64,000 bases of DNA from Obrimoposthia wandeli (GCA_977020255.1 CDROCS010000866.1:620001-684000); one strand, 5' to 3'; numbered from the stretch's first letter, positions 38,770-50,960 are shown. The notes: a model not told the origin generated them from the sequence alone. Numbers and translations are program-made.

Positions 38770-38805
38770 TTAAGTCCATCGCCTTAACCACTCGGCCATT
38801 CTAGC
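38770..38805 (-). tRNA. 5' half of tRNA-Leu(UAA), fragment only
   Basis: GCTAGAATGGCCGAGTGGTTAAGGCGATGGACTTAA: acceptor 5' strand, D-arm with A-box TGGCCGAGTGG, anticodon 5' stem, CT and TAA, then similarity stops. No 3' half or T-arm nearby. Confidence 0.7.
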
Positions 38806-38988
38806 TCTTTGTTCAACATTATTAAACTAGTTTTTAATAAAAATAATTTAGTAAAATATATGTTACTTATAAATAAAAGTATTATCAATTAAAGAAAATA
38901 AGTTTTGAAGAAAATAAATTTTTGAAGAAAATAAATTTTTGAAGAAAAATTTTCAGAGGCAAAAATTTTCATGTACAAAAAAAAAAAT

Positions 38989-40191
38989 TTCGTCATTTTT
39001 CACAATCTTATGGGTTATGACATGCACCATATATTGAAGCACGCACTATGCAAGTTTCCCGACTGGAATGTATCTGTTATACCTCAATCAACAGAGAAAT
39101 TCCAGGCTATGATGGTGTATATTGGAGGAGTCTGTATACGTTTCATCGATTCCCTTCAATTTTTGAACAGCAGCTTAGAAAAACTTGTGGAAAACCTAGG
39201 TGTGACTCCTCTTACACATTCGGTCTTCCCGCAACATCTGGTGAGCGCCAAGGGAATCTTCCCATACGATATGGCAGTATCAGAGACTGCTCTTCGCGCA
39301 ATCACCAGCTTACCACCAAAGTGGGATGAAAAGATCAAGCCAGCACAATATGAGATGGCGAAGATGATCTGGACTCAGAGCGGCTGCTCATCGCTCTAGG
39401 ACTATATGCTGGTCTATATGAAGATGGACGTCTACCTTCTAGCAGACGTGTTTACAGCATTCCGGACCAAGGCCATTGTTGACGATGGATTGGAGCCACT
39501 CAATTTCTTCTCCATCCCTGGTTTGTATTTTACTAATTTTTCTAATTTTAGACACTAACACATATATATATACATGTATAAGAATAAATGTAGTACTTGT
39601 TACTATTGATTGCATAAAGATGCAGGTTTTTGCAATAAAGATGCAGCACGTCTTTGTAAGTATTGATGATTGTCTTTGTTAGACACACACGTGACTGTCT
39701 TTGTTAGATACTCACACACATATATACATGTATAAGAATAAATGTTACGATTGATTACATAAAGATGCAAGTATTTGCAATATAGATGCGTGACTGTCTT
39801 TGTTAGATAGATGATTTTCAAAGTAATGATTTTCACAATGATTTTAATAAATGTTTTTATTTCCAGGACTGACTTTCGCGAGTGCTTTCAAATCCCTGCT
39901 TCGTCCGGCTTCTTCTTCTGCTCCCGTTGTGCGAGTCGAGCTAATACAGGATCCTGAAATGTACCGACTCTTCCGGTCTGGGATTCGCGGGGGTATGACA
40001 TTTGTTAATGAACACCGCGTTGACGCCATCAATGGTACAGAACTTTTGTACATTAATGTAAATAATTTGTACGGGTGGGCTATGTCCCAGTTTTTACCTT
40101 GTGGTAACTTTTCCTGGGTGACTGATCGGTTAGAGTTGGGGAATATTATTTCCAGCTTAAAATCAGTAGATTTATCCTGTAGTCGCTTCGC
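38989..40191 (+). pseudogene. pPolB: Truncated second pPolB (sister lineage), ExoII to palm start, with intron 39521-39866
   Basis: VIFHNLMGYD...CSSL*DYML...NFFSIPG|LTFASAFK...YINVNNLYGWAM...CSRF. Nonsense change TGG>TAG at 39397-39399; truncated at both ends. Confidence 0.9.
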
Positions 40192-40439
40192 AGGTTTTTG
40201 CAATATAGATGCAGTACGTGACTGTCTTTGTTAGATAGATATAGATTTAAAGTATGTTACTAAAAATAGAATCTTTTTGACTTCACCGTGACCTTAAGTT
40301 GACCTTAAAGTACATTGTCCTCGTCATGACCTTAACTTGACCTTAACTTGCCCTGACCTCATGACCTACATCTTGTCCTCATCGTGACCTCAAGTTGTCC
40401 TCATGACTTTAAATAAAAAATCATGTGTACTCGGGAGAA

Positions 40440-40785
40440 ATTTGACCTACATCTGTCATAAAAAATTTGAATTCAAAAATTTTCGCGCAAATTTCAAAAA
40501 TTTTGACCTATATTATAAATTTTTTGCGCAAATTTCAAACATTTTCAAAAATTTTCGCGCAAATTTCAAAAATTTTGACCTATATTATAAATTTTTGGCG
40601 CAAATTTCAAAAATTTTCAAAATTTTCAAAAAATTTCGGGCAAATTTCAAAAATTTTCAAAAAATTTCGCGCAAATTTTAAAAAATTTGACCTATATTAT
40701 AAATTTTTTGCGCAAATTTCAAAAAATTTGACCTACATTTCAAATTTTTCGCGCAAATTTCAAAAATTTTGACCTAGATTTTTGT
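40440..40785 (+). repeat. Right subterminal A/T-tract array with TTTCGCGC and TGACCTA motifs
   Basis: Recurring aaaaattttcgcgcaaatttcaaaaattttgacctatattataaa units ending at the right TIR. Confidence 0.9.
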
Positions 40786-40859
40786 CCTCAGGGGGGGGGT
40801 TCCCACGCTCTTGAAATTTTCCCACGGTCTTTGTTCCAGAAGTCACACATCCCCCTACT
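40786..40859 (-). repeat. Right terminal inverted repeat
   Basis: CCTCA(G)9TTCCCACGCTCTTGAAATTTTCCCACGGTCTTTGTTCCAGAAGTCACACATCCCCCTACT; mirrors the left TIR. Confidence 0.97.
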
Positions 40860-40865
40860 CACTGG
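40860..40865 (+). repeat. Right 6-bp target-site duplication CACTGG
   Basis: Immediately follows the right TIR; identical to 25432-25437. Confidence 0.95.
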
Positions 40866-41261
40866 TTATCGCTACTGAGAACAATTAGTTAATTTACGAA
40901 AAACTCCCAGAATTTACCAAAAAGCACGAGAAACTGATTCTTCAACATACCAATGCAAGATCGCACAATACATAATGTGTAAAAGAAATATTAAAACGGC
41001 TTCAATGATATGTGTTTGTGCATCACCTTTTTGTTAGACATTATTCCGTCAGATTTCAATTTAATTTTAAGAACTGATATTCAATTATATGAAGATATCA
41101 AAAATTGACCTAATGGCTAGATCACTTCAAAAGAACTGGATCTATTGTGGAATCCATTTACTACTGGGAAAATAGAAATATGACAGCCAGTGATGGATAA
41201 TTTTTCAAAGAAAATATTGTTTGCATTAAAACTAGAGAAAACTTATTCAAGTACCCCTATA
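40860..41261 (+). mobile_element. Mariner relic, 3' part
   Basis: Resumes TGYRY*EQL...KHEKLILQHTNARSH...VKEILK...PSDF; ends in ttattcaagtacccc-ta, the inverse of the left TIR. Confidence 0.85.
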
Positions 41262-41641
41262 CATACTTGTACTTACACTTAGCTTTGAAATATAAATACA
41301 TTTGTATAATTAAATTCCTCACTGCTGTAGTGCTTACATTTATCACAAAGAATATCATGTTTATGTTTCTAAAATGTTGCTGTCACTTTTTACGGACATC
41401 GTCTTCAGAAAACTACTACCATAAATATTGGCGGATGTTGGATTATTGGTGGCTCCTGAAAGGAGAATCCCATATAACATAGAAGCTGCAAATATTGCAA
41501 AATATGTATCTGAAATCGTAACTTATTACGAATGATTAACGTATGTTTCAGATAGCTCCATAAAAAGTTACCAAAAGCGATGTTTTTCCTTCGAAATGCC
41601 TCATGGTGCCACATAAGCTACATCAAAAACAGTAAACAAAC

Positions 41642-41827
41642 CTCGTGCATAGCATTTATGACTGTGGAAGTCACCAGTTCTCCAGAAGACTCGTGGATTG
41701 AGAAAAGAATGTTCCGCTCGGGATCTACGAGACTGAACCGGATCCTGGCATTGTTCCCGAGATCCAAGTCAGTGGCCTTGACACGCGTCACCAGAGAGCC
41801 AATAGGGGACAAGTAGGACAGGAACAC
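41642..41827 (-). CDS. Protocadherin-like gene, exon (membrane-proximal cadherin repeat)
   Basis: VFLSYLSPIGSLVTRVKATDLDLGNNARIRFSL...FSIHESSGELVT...MHE. Acceptor cacttag, donor GAG|gtttgt; 186 nt, phase 0/0. Confidence 0.9.
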
Positions 41828-42292
41828 CTAAGTGGCAATCAGTGGTTATCCCTGAGATACAAAATGGTAAGATAATCTATAAAATGAACATTTTAAATTC
41901 CTTAATTTAATTTGTAAAATTAGAACATTTTCTTTATTCAATAGTTACTTTAAAAACGGGGTTTCCCAGCGATATTTCAGAAATGTTCAAGGGGTGCAGA
42001 GAAAATAAATGATGTTTTAGAATAATGCATATGTTAATAAAATATATTCAATAATTTATTAGTATAAGTACGTTATTGCAGATAATAAAAAAAAACAATC
42101 CTACTTTCAGCCAAATTGGAGACAACATTAATAGGTAGATGTGTCTCGTCTAATCCACCCCTTCCCTTTAAAACTATACATGTTGTATGGAATACATTTC
42201 ATTTATCTGTATATAGCAATGTACACAAGTTCAACTTTTTTAAACTGAGACATGAATACACTATTCAACTGCAAAACATCAGTTTACTGGTG

Positions 42293-42380
42293 GCGGTTGG
42301 TACAGTGGTCAAGGCGTCAAACTGAATTGGAAGATTAGACGCACATGATACTTGAATTCCACCAATAACGAGATCAAGCA
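42293..42380 (+). mobile_element. Possible tRNA-derived SINE head
   Basis: ggcggttggtacagtggtcaaggcgtc (A-box-like), then gatacttgaattcc (degenerate B-box); no convincing cloverleaf. Confidence 0.3.
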
Positions 42381-45300
42381 TGTACCTACGATTCTTGTCT
42401 TACCATTTCGCTTCTGAAATTCCTAATATGTCATGACGTGTACCGACTGTACCATACCACTGCCATTGAGTCAATGTATAGAACGTTATGGTTTATATAC
42501 AAAAAAAAGTAATTTATAAGTGTTTTTTTAAACCCTAAATCTCCTTCCACTCACAACAAAATACAATATAACCCCATTTTTGACACCTTAAAATTGAAAA
42601 TCTCATAGTGCACCCATGGAGTGCTGAATTGCCTGAAAGGCAATCTAAAGGCCCACACGGGCCCTCTGAGCGCAGTGATATATGGATAGGGTCAGCAAAA
42701 AATCTTTCACAATACATTTGTATCTGCCACCTTAGGGCTCGACAAAAACTTTCTGTATAAATATTTATATACGCATACACTCAAAACATGTTATGCTTTT
42801 TGTGCCTCTAACACAAAATCTCTACTGCTCCAACTATACACACAGGCGCAGTCAAAAAATCTTAACAAAATACTATGATTTTTTGAATAAATTAATTGAA
42901 CAGATTTTTCTACCCAATAATACCCAGTCAAAAACGTAATAAAATAATAATAATTTTCAAATACATTATTATGAATAAAATGCTCTCATTGAACGATGAA
43001 AAGGGGTTAGTCTAATGTTAGTGGAGATTTTTTTTTCTTCATTATTTTAAATTTTTTTACTAATCAAAAATGCCATTCTATAACAATGTTGACATGGAAA
43101 GCCGTATCTCATATCTGCATGTCAAAGGAAAATATAACACCATTGAAATCACAACATCACCTAGACTATGGTAACTTTTTTAAGGAGATCTAAAATTCTA
43201 TGATGGGGACCTCGCTGAAAGCAATGCGACGACAGAATTAGTTTGCAATGACACCATATAGGTCTGAGCAACTTCGTATTCGTCTATTCATGTTACAATT
43301 CAAGAAAACTTAACTGGATTTCGGTATTTATGTCCAGTATATAGTCGATGAAAAAATTAGAAAATCATAACTTTATAAAGTATTTAGTTAATGCGACTTT
43401 GGTGCAACAATCACAAACTTCATTCAATTATAAGTTCTATTATGTTCTAAAAGTATTGTCAAATTACTCTTTAGGTTCTATAAATCAATATATTTATAAT
43501 ATCAATAATTACATACACTTACAAATATACAAGCGTATATATGTACAGATTTTTGTTAACAAAAACACAAAAACAATAAAAAATATTTGAGAATAACCTT
43601 CTAAATTATCAATCCCAATATAATATTTACCGAAAATCTTCAAAATTCTATTTAAATAATAAAAAAATTAGATTTAAACTAAAGGTGATGAGTTAGAACA
43701 AAAAAATATAAAAATACGTAAATTAATTTAATTTAGACTTGTTAATTACAATAAAATTTATATTATTTTCATTAATAAAATTTTAAAGATTCAATTATAA
43801 ATTTTAATTGTTAATATAGGTATGTTTCAACGACATGTAGACCCCTTGACTGTGTCGAGTACACCCTCTATTGGGAACACTTTCCCTAGAGACACGACAT
43901 AATCAATTTAAACTTAATTTGATATCAAAAATATGTAGGAAATTCCATAAATAACTATAACTTTGTTCATATCAAAATAACATAAAATATAATAGCTATA
44001 TATGATGGGGTTTAATCCTGTTTTAATCAATCAATGTGTAACAGCCAATTTGATGTACATGTAAAAAGATTGCAGGTAGAATTGGACATCTATGGGACTG
44101 GTATCATCAATCTCAATCATCACCTACTGTCACCATTCGTCAATACAAAACCGATATTAAATGAATTAAACATCGTGCAACTTACAGAATTCATCAATAT
44201 AATCAAGAATTCATTGAAATTTGGATCGTTAGTTAACCAACTAAAATCTTCTCAAAAATATGCCGTCAAGATACAAATTAGAGAGTTGAACTAAAATGAA
44301 CGTGAATTTTCATTTATCGAAAGGATACTATGGCATATTGAGATTAGTCAAAAGTGTAAAAGTCAAATCAATGTAGGCATGTTTCTGCAAAGCAAAGTCC
44401 TGAATGTGTGTGTTCACGGGATTGGGGGCTGTATAATTTACTGAGAATAGATCGTGGAATGGTTAGTTAAAACATTCGAAAATTGGCCAATAAATTCTTG
44501 GCTTCTACTTCTAACTCTCTATTTTGACTCTATTTTTTGGTGTATTGAATGTTCAAAGGATGTTTAAATTATTATTGTTATATAAGATAATTGTTATATT
44601 TTTATAGGTTAATTATCTTCTACTAATTCGTTAGAAAAACGTCTGTCTTCGGTAATAACAACAATAATGATGATTGGCAAAATTTTTATTTACAGAAATG
44701 ACAATAAAATTAATAATCACCAATAATTTCCGTTTTTGTAATAACAGTAATAATAATATAGTCAACCATATTTCTGTTTTTAACTTGTATTTTGATAAAA
44801 ATTTGAAAATTGTCTTTAGCAATTATGACAAATCGAATTTATGCTCAAAAACAATCTTATTTTAATCTAAGATCATCAAGAGAGTATTCCATAATGGGCA
44901 TATCTCAATTTTAAATAATGTTAAATAATTATAAGTTATCATTTTTAACATCAAATATATTACTTTTAAAAATATATCAATTTTGAACTGAACGATCAAA
45001 CAAATTTAAGAATTTTTCTTTAAATACTATTTTTTCCTATAATTAAAATTAATGATTAATATTGATTTCTGATATTTGTATAATATAATTTTTTAAATTG
45101 ATTGCCAAAATTTTACATTTATTTTATTCAAAAAATTCTAATAAACTTAAAATACATTTATAAGTAAGAATAGATTTTTTGGCAATTTAACATTAAAATG
45201 ATTATGATTAAAAGATGCCTCTTGGGATTAGTTTGTTCTAACTTGTAGCTTATATTGGCAAAAAAAACTAATAAAACTAATAAAATGTTTGGAATAATCG

Positions 45301-48300
45301 AAACTAAATATGTACCCAGCAATACAATCGTAAATTCATTCAGAAAAGCAAACCACACCAATATGCACAGGCTCAAATGTTTTTTGAAAATATTTTTTTA
45401 AAAAATCGAATTTCATTCACAATAATTTTTTGAATGTTTAAACAAAGTAGACTAGGTGGGGAGAACATGATCTACTATAGTAGATCTTTATAAAAGTTTA
45501 TCTACTGTAGAAGAGACAACTTTTGTCTTTTTTCCCGAATCGTCCAACTACTCATATTGCCTATTTTGCTGATCCCCTAAAGCACAATTAGACAACTCAC
45601 GTAGATTAATTATATTTGTATAAATGCACTAGAAACAGATAAGGTAAATAAAAATTACATTTTTGGCGAATAAATTATGTGCTAATTAATCCAAGTTTGA
45701 AAATGATAATTTATTCAAAATTGTAATATTGTCGAGATATATATTTAATAAAAATTAGTTACTAACAACTATAAGTGCATAACCTCAGTTGAGAAATTTT
45801 TAGATGGCTTATTGAGATAATGCGCGATTTGCAAGTAGTGATACTGATCATTCAATTCTAACTAATTTTCTCTTAAACATAAAAGTATCAAATAACTGAT
45901 GTTTTTATTGGCATTAATATATTAAAGAATTTATGTTTCTCAAATGGTCAATTTTCAGTATTGGGTTATTTATTTATTTCGAAAATATTTTCAAATATTT
46001 AAATTTATTATTTTATAATTTTGATACCCTCACATTGGAGGCAAAAACGGGTTAAAAACTCTACTTATCTTTGCCACAGTCAAACGTTAGCTGTTGAAAC
46101 CTTAGGTCTAAACGGGTTAAAAAACTCTACTTATCTTTCATTAAAGCAATATTTAGTGCATACACACAAACCCACAATGATTTGTATTATGTTACCGAAT
46201 TGTATGCCGTCTTTCGGGGTCTTCAAACAACCCTAAACACATAAACATATGTTAAATGCCTACTGAATGTTGGGTTCGTGTTCATAGGGTTTGATTATTC
46301 CTTATAAGTGGTCCTTTAGTGAACATATTTTCTATAGAACTTATTTTAAAAATTCTCAATATTTTAATTGTGTTTACCTCCATTGTGAACCCTAAACAGA
46401 AGGTCATCATGATTTGGTTGCCATAGTAATTGCCATAGCAACCAGTTTTCTCTGATACATTTTTTCCACGCACCTTGATAAATTAATTAGATGTAGAGAA
46501 AACTATTAAAAACGATTTCATAATTAAATAATGTTTTGACATGAAGGTGCATTAAAGTTGATTTTGTTATAATCACGATGCAAAAAATATCTATAATATT
46601 TATTTTTATTATAATTACCTCAAAAAAATATATAATTAGTTTGTAAATATCACAAAATATCAAAATATTTTATAATAATATATCTAATGCCATTGCTCAT
46701 TTTTATATCTACTACTATTTATAGTGAGTACTTATTTCATTTTAAAAAAAATATATTTTTCATCATTTGAAAATATTGCACTTAGTAAATTGAGAATAAA
46801 CGAAGCTGCAGTTAAACTAATATACATATTTAAAGTACAATATAAGCTACCTTTGGTTTCGGAAACAACCAACTTTAAATTTTACAACGAAACTGCAGTC
46901 TGCTGGTGTGGACACAATTCGAAATCTTGCTACCAGTCTAATTTCCATCTTAAAAAAGCCATCTTTGACAGTTACCGATATATGTCAGCAATACTTGTGT
47001 ATTTACTCAGTGTTAATCTCATAAAACAAGAATTTTACTTGTTATTAAAAAGATAATTAGATGCAAATGAATTTGTTATGTTTACATATTTCATCTACTA
47101 GCAACGATACAGCGATGTTTGGAGATTATCAAAATTCGGATTGAAAAAACTAATTACATTTCCGAAAATACAGTTGGAAATATGTCTAAATTACTTTTCA
47201 TATGGTAATGTTTTAGTGGTAACCTTGCTGGGCGTGAATGTTTCCATTGAAACAGTAGGCCACAAGTATTGCATATTTGAAAATAGTAATTTGATGCATT
47301 ATACTTCAGTCAAAAAATATCAAAACAGCCCAACCAGGTGAACTTTGTCAGTTTTTATTCGACTTCTCTGTCCCATGACAAGTTGTATTCCCTGAAAGAT
47401 CAAATATCATGTAATTGTTTATGAGCACGCACATTTTTGCAGGGATTTTTGCAGATGAAAACAATGAAAAGCAGCAGGCGAATGAAGCTACTACAAATAC
47501 CAATCCGTACTGAGTGTAACAATTGTTTTTTAATGAATTTTTATGTATTTTGTCATGCTTCAGAAAAAATTATGCTTCATCATCCATTTCAATGAAATTG
47601 TTTATTTCTTGTATGCTAATTAGTTCGGTGATTTCTCTTCATTAAGAGCTGCTCTAACCAGCAGACGTAGAATTTCTATCCATTTTTGGCAGGTCTTCCG
47701 AAACCTGAAGTACTTTCGTTGTATTGCTTTGCTGTTTGCTGTCTAATTCTCAACTCTGAAAAATACTTGAATACGTGAAGCCTCGAGTGTGCCAGATGAC
47801 TTATTTGATACTCAACAATGGTAAATCTTGTTATGCTTCTCTGATAAAGATTTATTTTATTTATAAAATATGAAGATGCAAAAAACTTTAAAAACTGAAC
47901 TAAAATGATCTTAAACTGCTGTTAAATTACGAAATTGAAATTAAATCCATGAAAAATCAATGGTTGTATTTAGAACGGATTGTTATATGTTCTCTGTTAC
48001 TGTGGAAATATTCTCTCCTAATCACAACATTGCCGGAATTTTCAGAAGCAGTCTCAAACCAACCATTGACTTTATCCTAACAAAGCATGCACATGTTTTG
48101 TGTACGTACATGCGACATTTTCTTAAAAAGATTTTGCTTGTTTATATTTGTAGCTTATGGATGAATACATAAGTATTTTAAAATTTCCATGCAGTCGAAA
48201 GGTTGCCTACTATTGGTCAATTTGAAATAGACAAAACTGGTACAGATATAGAAAATAAATTTCACAAACTTTAAAAGTTTCACGTTTAGTTTCTTCATTA

Positions 48301-50515
48301 ATGAAATACTCTTTTATCGATGTATTTACGGGCAAAGTCTCTGTTAATTCCCGATAATGACGTTAGCTTATTATTTAGGATTTACATTATTTTTTCGATT
48401 GACAATTATAAATACTAGATATAACTAATCAATGTTTAAAAAATGTTTGATATTGTGTTACCCAAAATGAATAACATTTCATACGAACCTAATGAAAGAT
48501 TTCTAATTATTCGTAGCTCCTAAGCAGTTTTAGTTTATATAAACATCATCGGCACTACAGCTACTGTTATTGACAATCGGTTAAACTCCAAATTAGTTTT
48601 TGATTATTGACGATAAAAAAGTAAGTGTAGGTCCTTAGATGTCAAAGTTTGTTTACCCATTCATGTATATATTAGTGCTGATAAAAAATACATTGATATC
48701 AATTTGTATGCCTGATAATAAATTTCGGTTCTAAAAAATAAAAAAATAATGTTTTTCTTCTTTTTAGTATAAATAAAATTTACGTCGGGTTTTAGTGTCC
48801 TCAATATTGTCTCAATATTTGCTTTTATAGACACGTTATTTATGGAAAATCTGTTGACAGAAAAGGGACTTTGTAGTTTAAATGTTAGAATTAGAAAGCC
48901 GGAAATCCTTCCCGACAAAGAAAACATGAATGAAAAGAATATCAATAATACAATTTAGCTCGCATGTATAAAAACTGTATTTTGTGAATTACTAGACATT
49001 AATGTTTATTTGCATCACTGTGTATATAAATAAAACAATGATTGAGACGACACCTTTGAACTATTGAAACTGATAGTTGGGAAGCCCACAACATGAAAGT
49101 AAGAGGATATGTCCAGTCTAATCCACCCCCCATCACATATGAATTTCACATCCGACTTCAAAAGTGATTATAGAAGATTTGGGAGAAAAAACAAAATACA
49201 AAAAAAGTCATTTCAAAACATTTATTAAAAATCAAATATAAAACACCATATTAGCTTCACTCAAAGTCGAAAGAGGCTGAACATTTTCCTGTCATCAGCA
49301 AAATATCCATTGAGTCGTATTGAAATATTCCATAGTTCTTTATCTAAAATTTGAGCAATCAAATAACCTAGGTCATCTCTAAAACCCAGACTGGGATCAG
49401 TTTCAATTTGGAAATAATTTCCTTCGTATACATAATGAGGTATGTAAAATTCCAAACTTTTTTCTATTGATCAATATTGGATGTTGTTAAAATTTCAATT
49501 AGATATTTACTTTCCACTTTTGATATTTTCACAGAATTCATAACTCGTATAATTTGATGCCTCTTTAGAATATTACATGGTTTTCCTTTTGAAATGATTT
49601 CTGGATAATAAAAATGTCCTACATATCTCAAAAGATGATCCATTTTAAAATAAAGAACCTATTTAAAAAAACAATGTTTATAAAAAAGATATATGTAAAT
49701 AAGATTCAAATATTATGAAATAAAAAAATAAAACTGATTACAATCTATTATAAGCAAAATGAAAGAAATATGGTCAAAAGAAACACTTAAAATATAGAGA
49801 AATGAGCACAGTCTATTTTCCACATACGTAGATTTGTTCGAATTTCATCCTTCTTGTAACTATAAAGCTGAATTGTTACAGTTCATTGCTTCTTTTTTGG
49901 AAACGTGTTAACATATATTTCTTTTCTATATTAATCTAAAAATGCTGCATCAGCTGCGCGGATATAAAATGCTTTCTTATTAAATGTAAAAATTGGAACT
50001 TCTTCTTCAACTTTCTGTTTAAGATATTAAACATCTGGTTTTTGTATATTTGATAGATAATAGCTAAACTTATTCTTTCAATTGTCACATGATTTACTAA
50101 AGTAATTAGTTGAGCCTTCTTCAAGACATGACTTTGAATTAGAAATATTGTTTCACTTCTTCATACATATTCTTATTCGAATCTTCAAACATTTCTTAAT
50201 CTTCATCATCGCTCAATATATGTTGGCTATCTTCCATCACTAATACTTGTATTTGATATGAATGCAATTATAATTATTTGTTCTCCAATTATGCTTTTAT
50301 ACTAATTTGTAACAAAAACATGAATCGCATTGGTTAATATAACTAAACCATTGAATTTGATTGGACTAAATCCATATTTAAAATTGAAATTGATTAGATG
50401 TTATATTTCAATCATCCAGTTATTATAGAGTTGCAAGATAATTACAAGAAATGTGAAATAAAAAGGCATGTTCAGACATATGTAATGAAAAATTTACAGA
50501 AACAATTTTAGTCCA

Positions 50516-50960
50516 ATGAAACTCGTAAATATAAATTATAAAGGAAGAATAGAATACGATATTTCGCACTTACCATTCAATGATTGAAGCCGAAACAATA
50601 TGTTAAAAAGTTTGATGATTTCACAGTGGTTATTTTATTTTCATATTGAATTCTTTTAGGAAGTTGTCGTGTTATGGGATGCAAAACGCCGTTGAATGAG
50701 ATCAATTTACCATTTGGAGTACAATCAATCACAGTTTCAGTTAATCTTGGGAAACCAATAAATATTTATAAAATAGCAGAGAAAATGAAAAAAGAATGCA
50801 TGTTTGAACCTTGAATTTTTCCTGCTTTCAGATATTTGAAGTTGTGTAAAGATATTATGTTTAGGGTATGTTTAAAGATATTTTCTAGTGGTAAAGGTAT
50901 GAAATTGGGATTGAGAAAATTGGATTATCAATATACTGTTGAATCGATTTTAGAGAATAT
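50516..50960 (+). pseudogene. TBP-like (TATA-binding protein fold) gene relic
   Basis: ...GSCRVMGCK...ITVSVNLGKPINIYKIA...CMFEP*IFPAFRY...KIFSSGKGMKLGLRK resembles the TBP repeat (VxSxDLxxxIxLxxLA...YEPExFPGLIY...IFxSGKxxxTGAK); stops and a frameshift present. Confidence 0.6.

Larger units (their letters stand above)
25438..40859 (+). mobile_element. Maverick/Polinton-like element carrying pPolB, with no visible integrase or capsid genes
   Basis: 74-bp TIRs starting AGTAG and ending CTACT; 6-bp TSD CACTGG on both sides; protein-primed PolB inside; interrupts a mariner transposase in register. AG...CT termini with a 6-bp TSD are established Maverick/Polinton hallmarks. Length 15,422 bp including a 137-N gap. 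Confidence 0.92.

Noticed and set aside
38770-38805. Functional tRNA gene
   Set aside because: No anticodon 3' stem, variable arm, T-arm or acceptor 3' strand within the visible flanks, and no recognisable split partner in the window.
40403-40772. 92-aa and 101-aa K/F/N-rich ORFs
   Set aside because: Translations of the A/T subterminal repeat array. The same applies to 25367-25600 over the left TIR.
25438-40859. Casposon, pipolin or mitochondrial linear plasmid as the identity of the TIR + PolB element
   Set aside because: No Cas1 or tyrosine recombinase is present. The gene has spliceosomal introns and a Pol II-type promoter, reads in the standard code, and the 6-bp TSD with AG..CT ends fits Mavericks.
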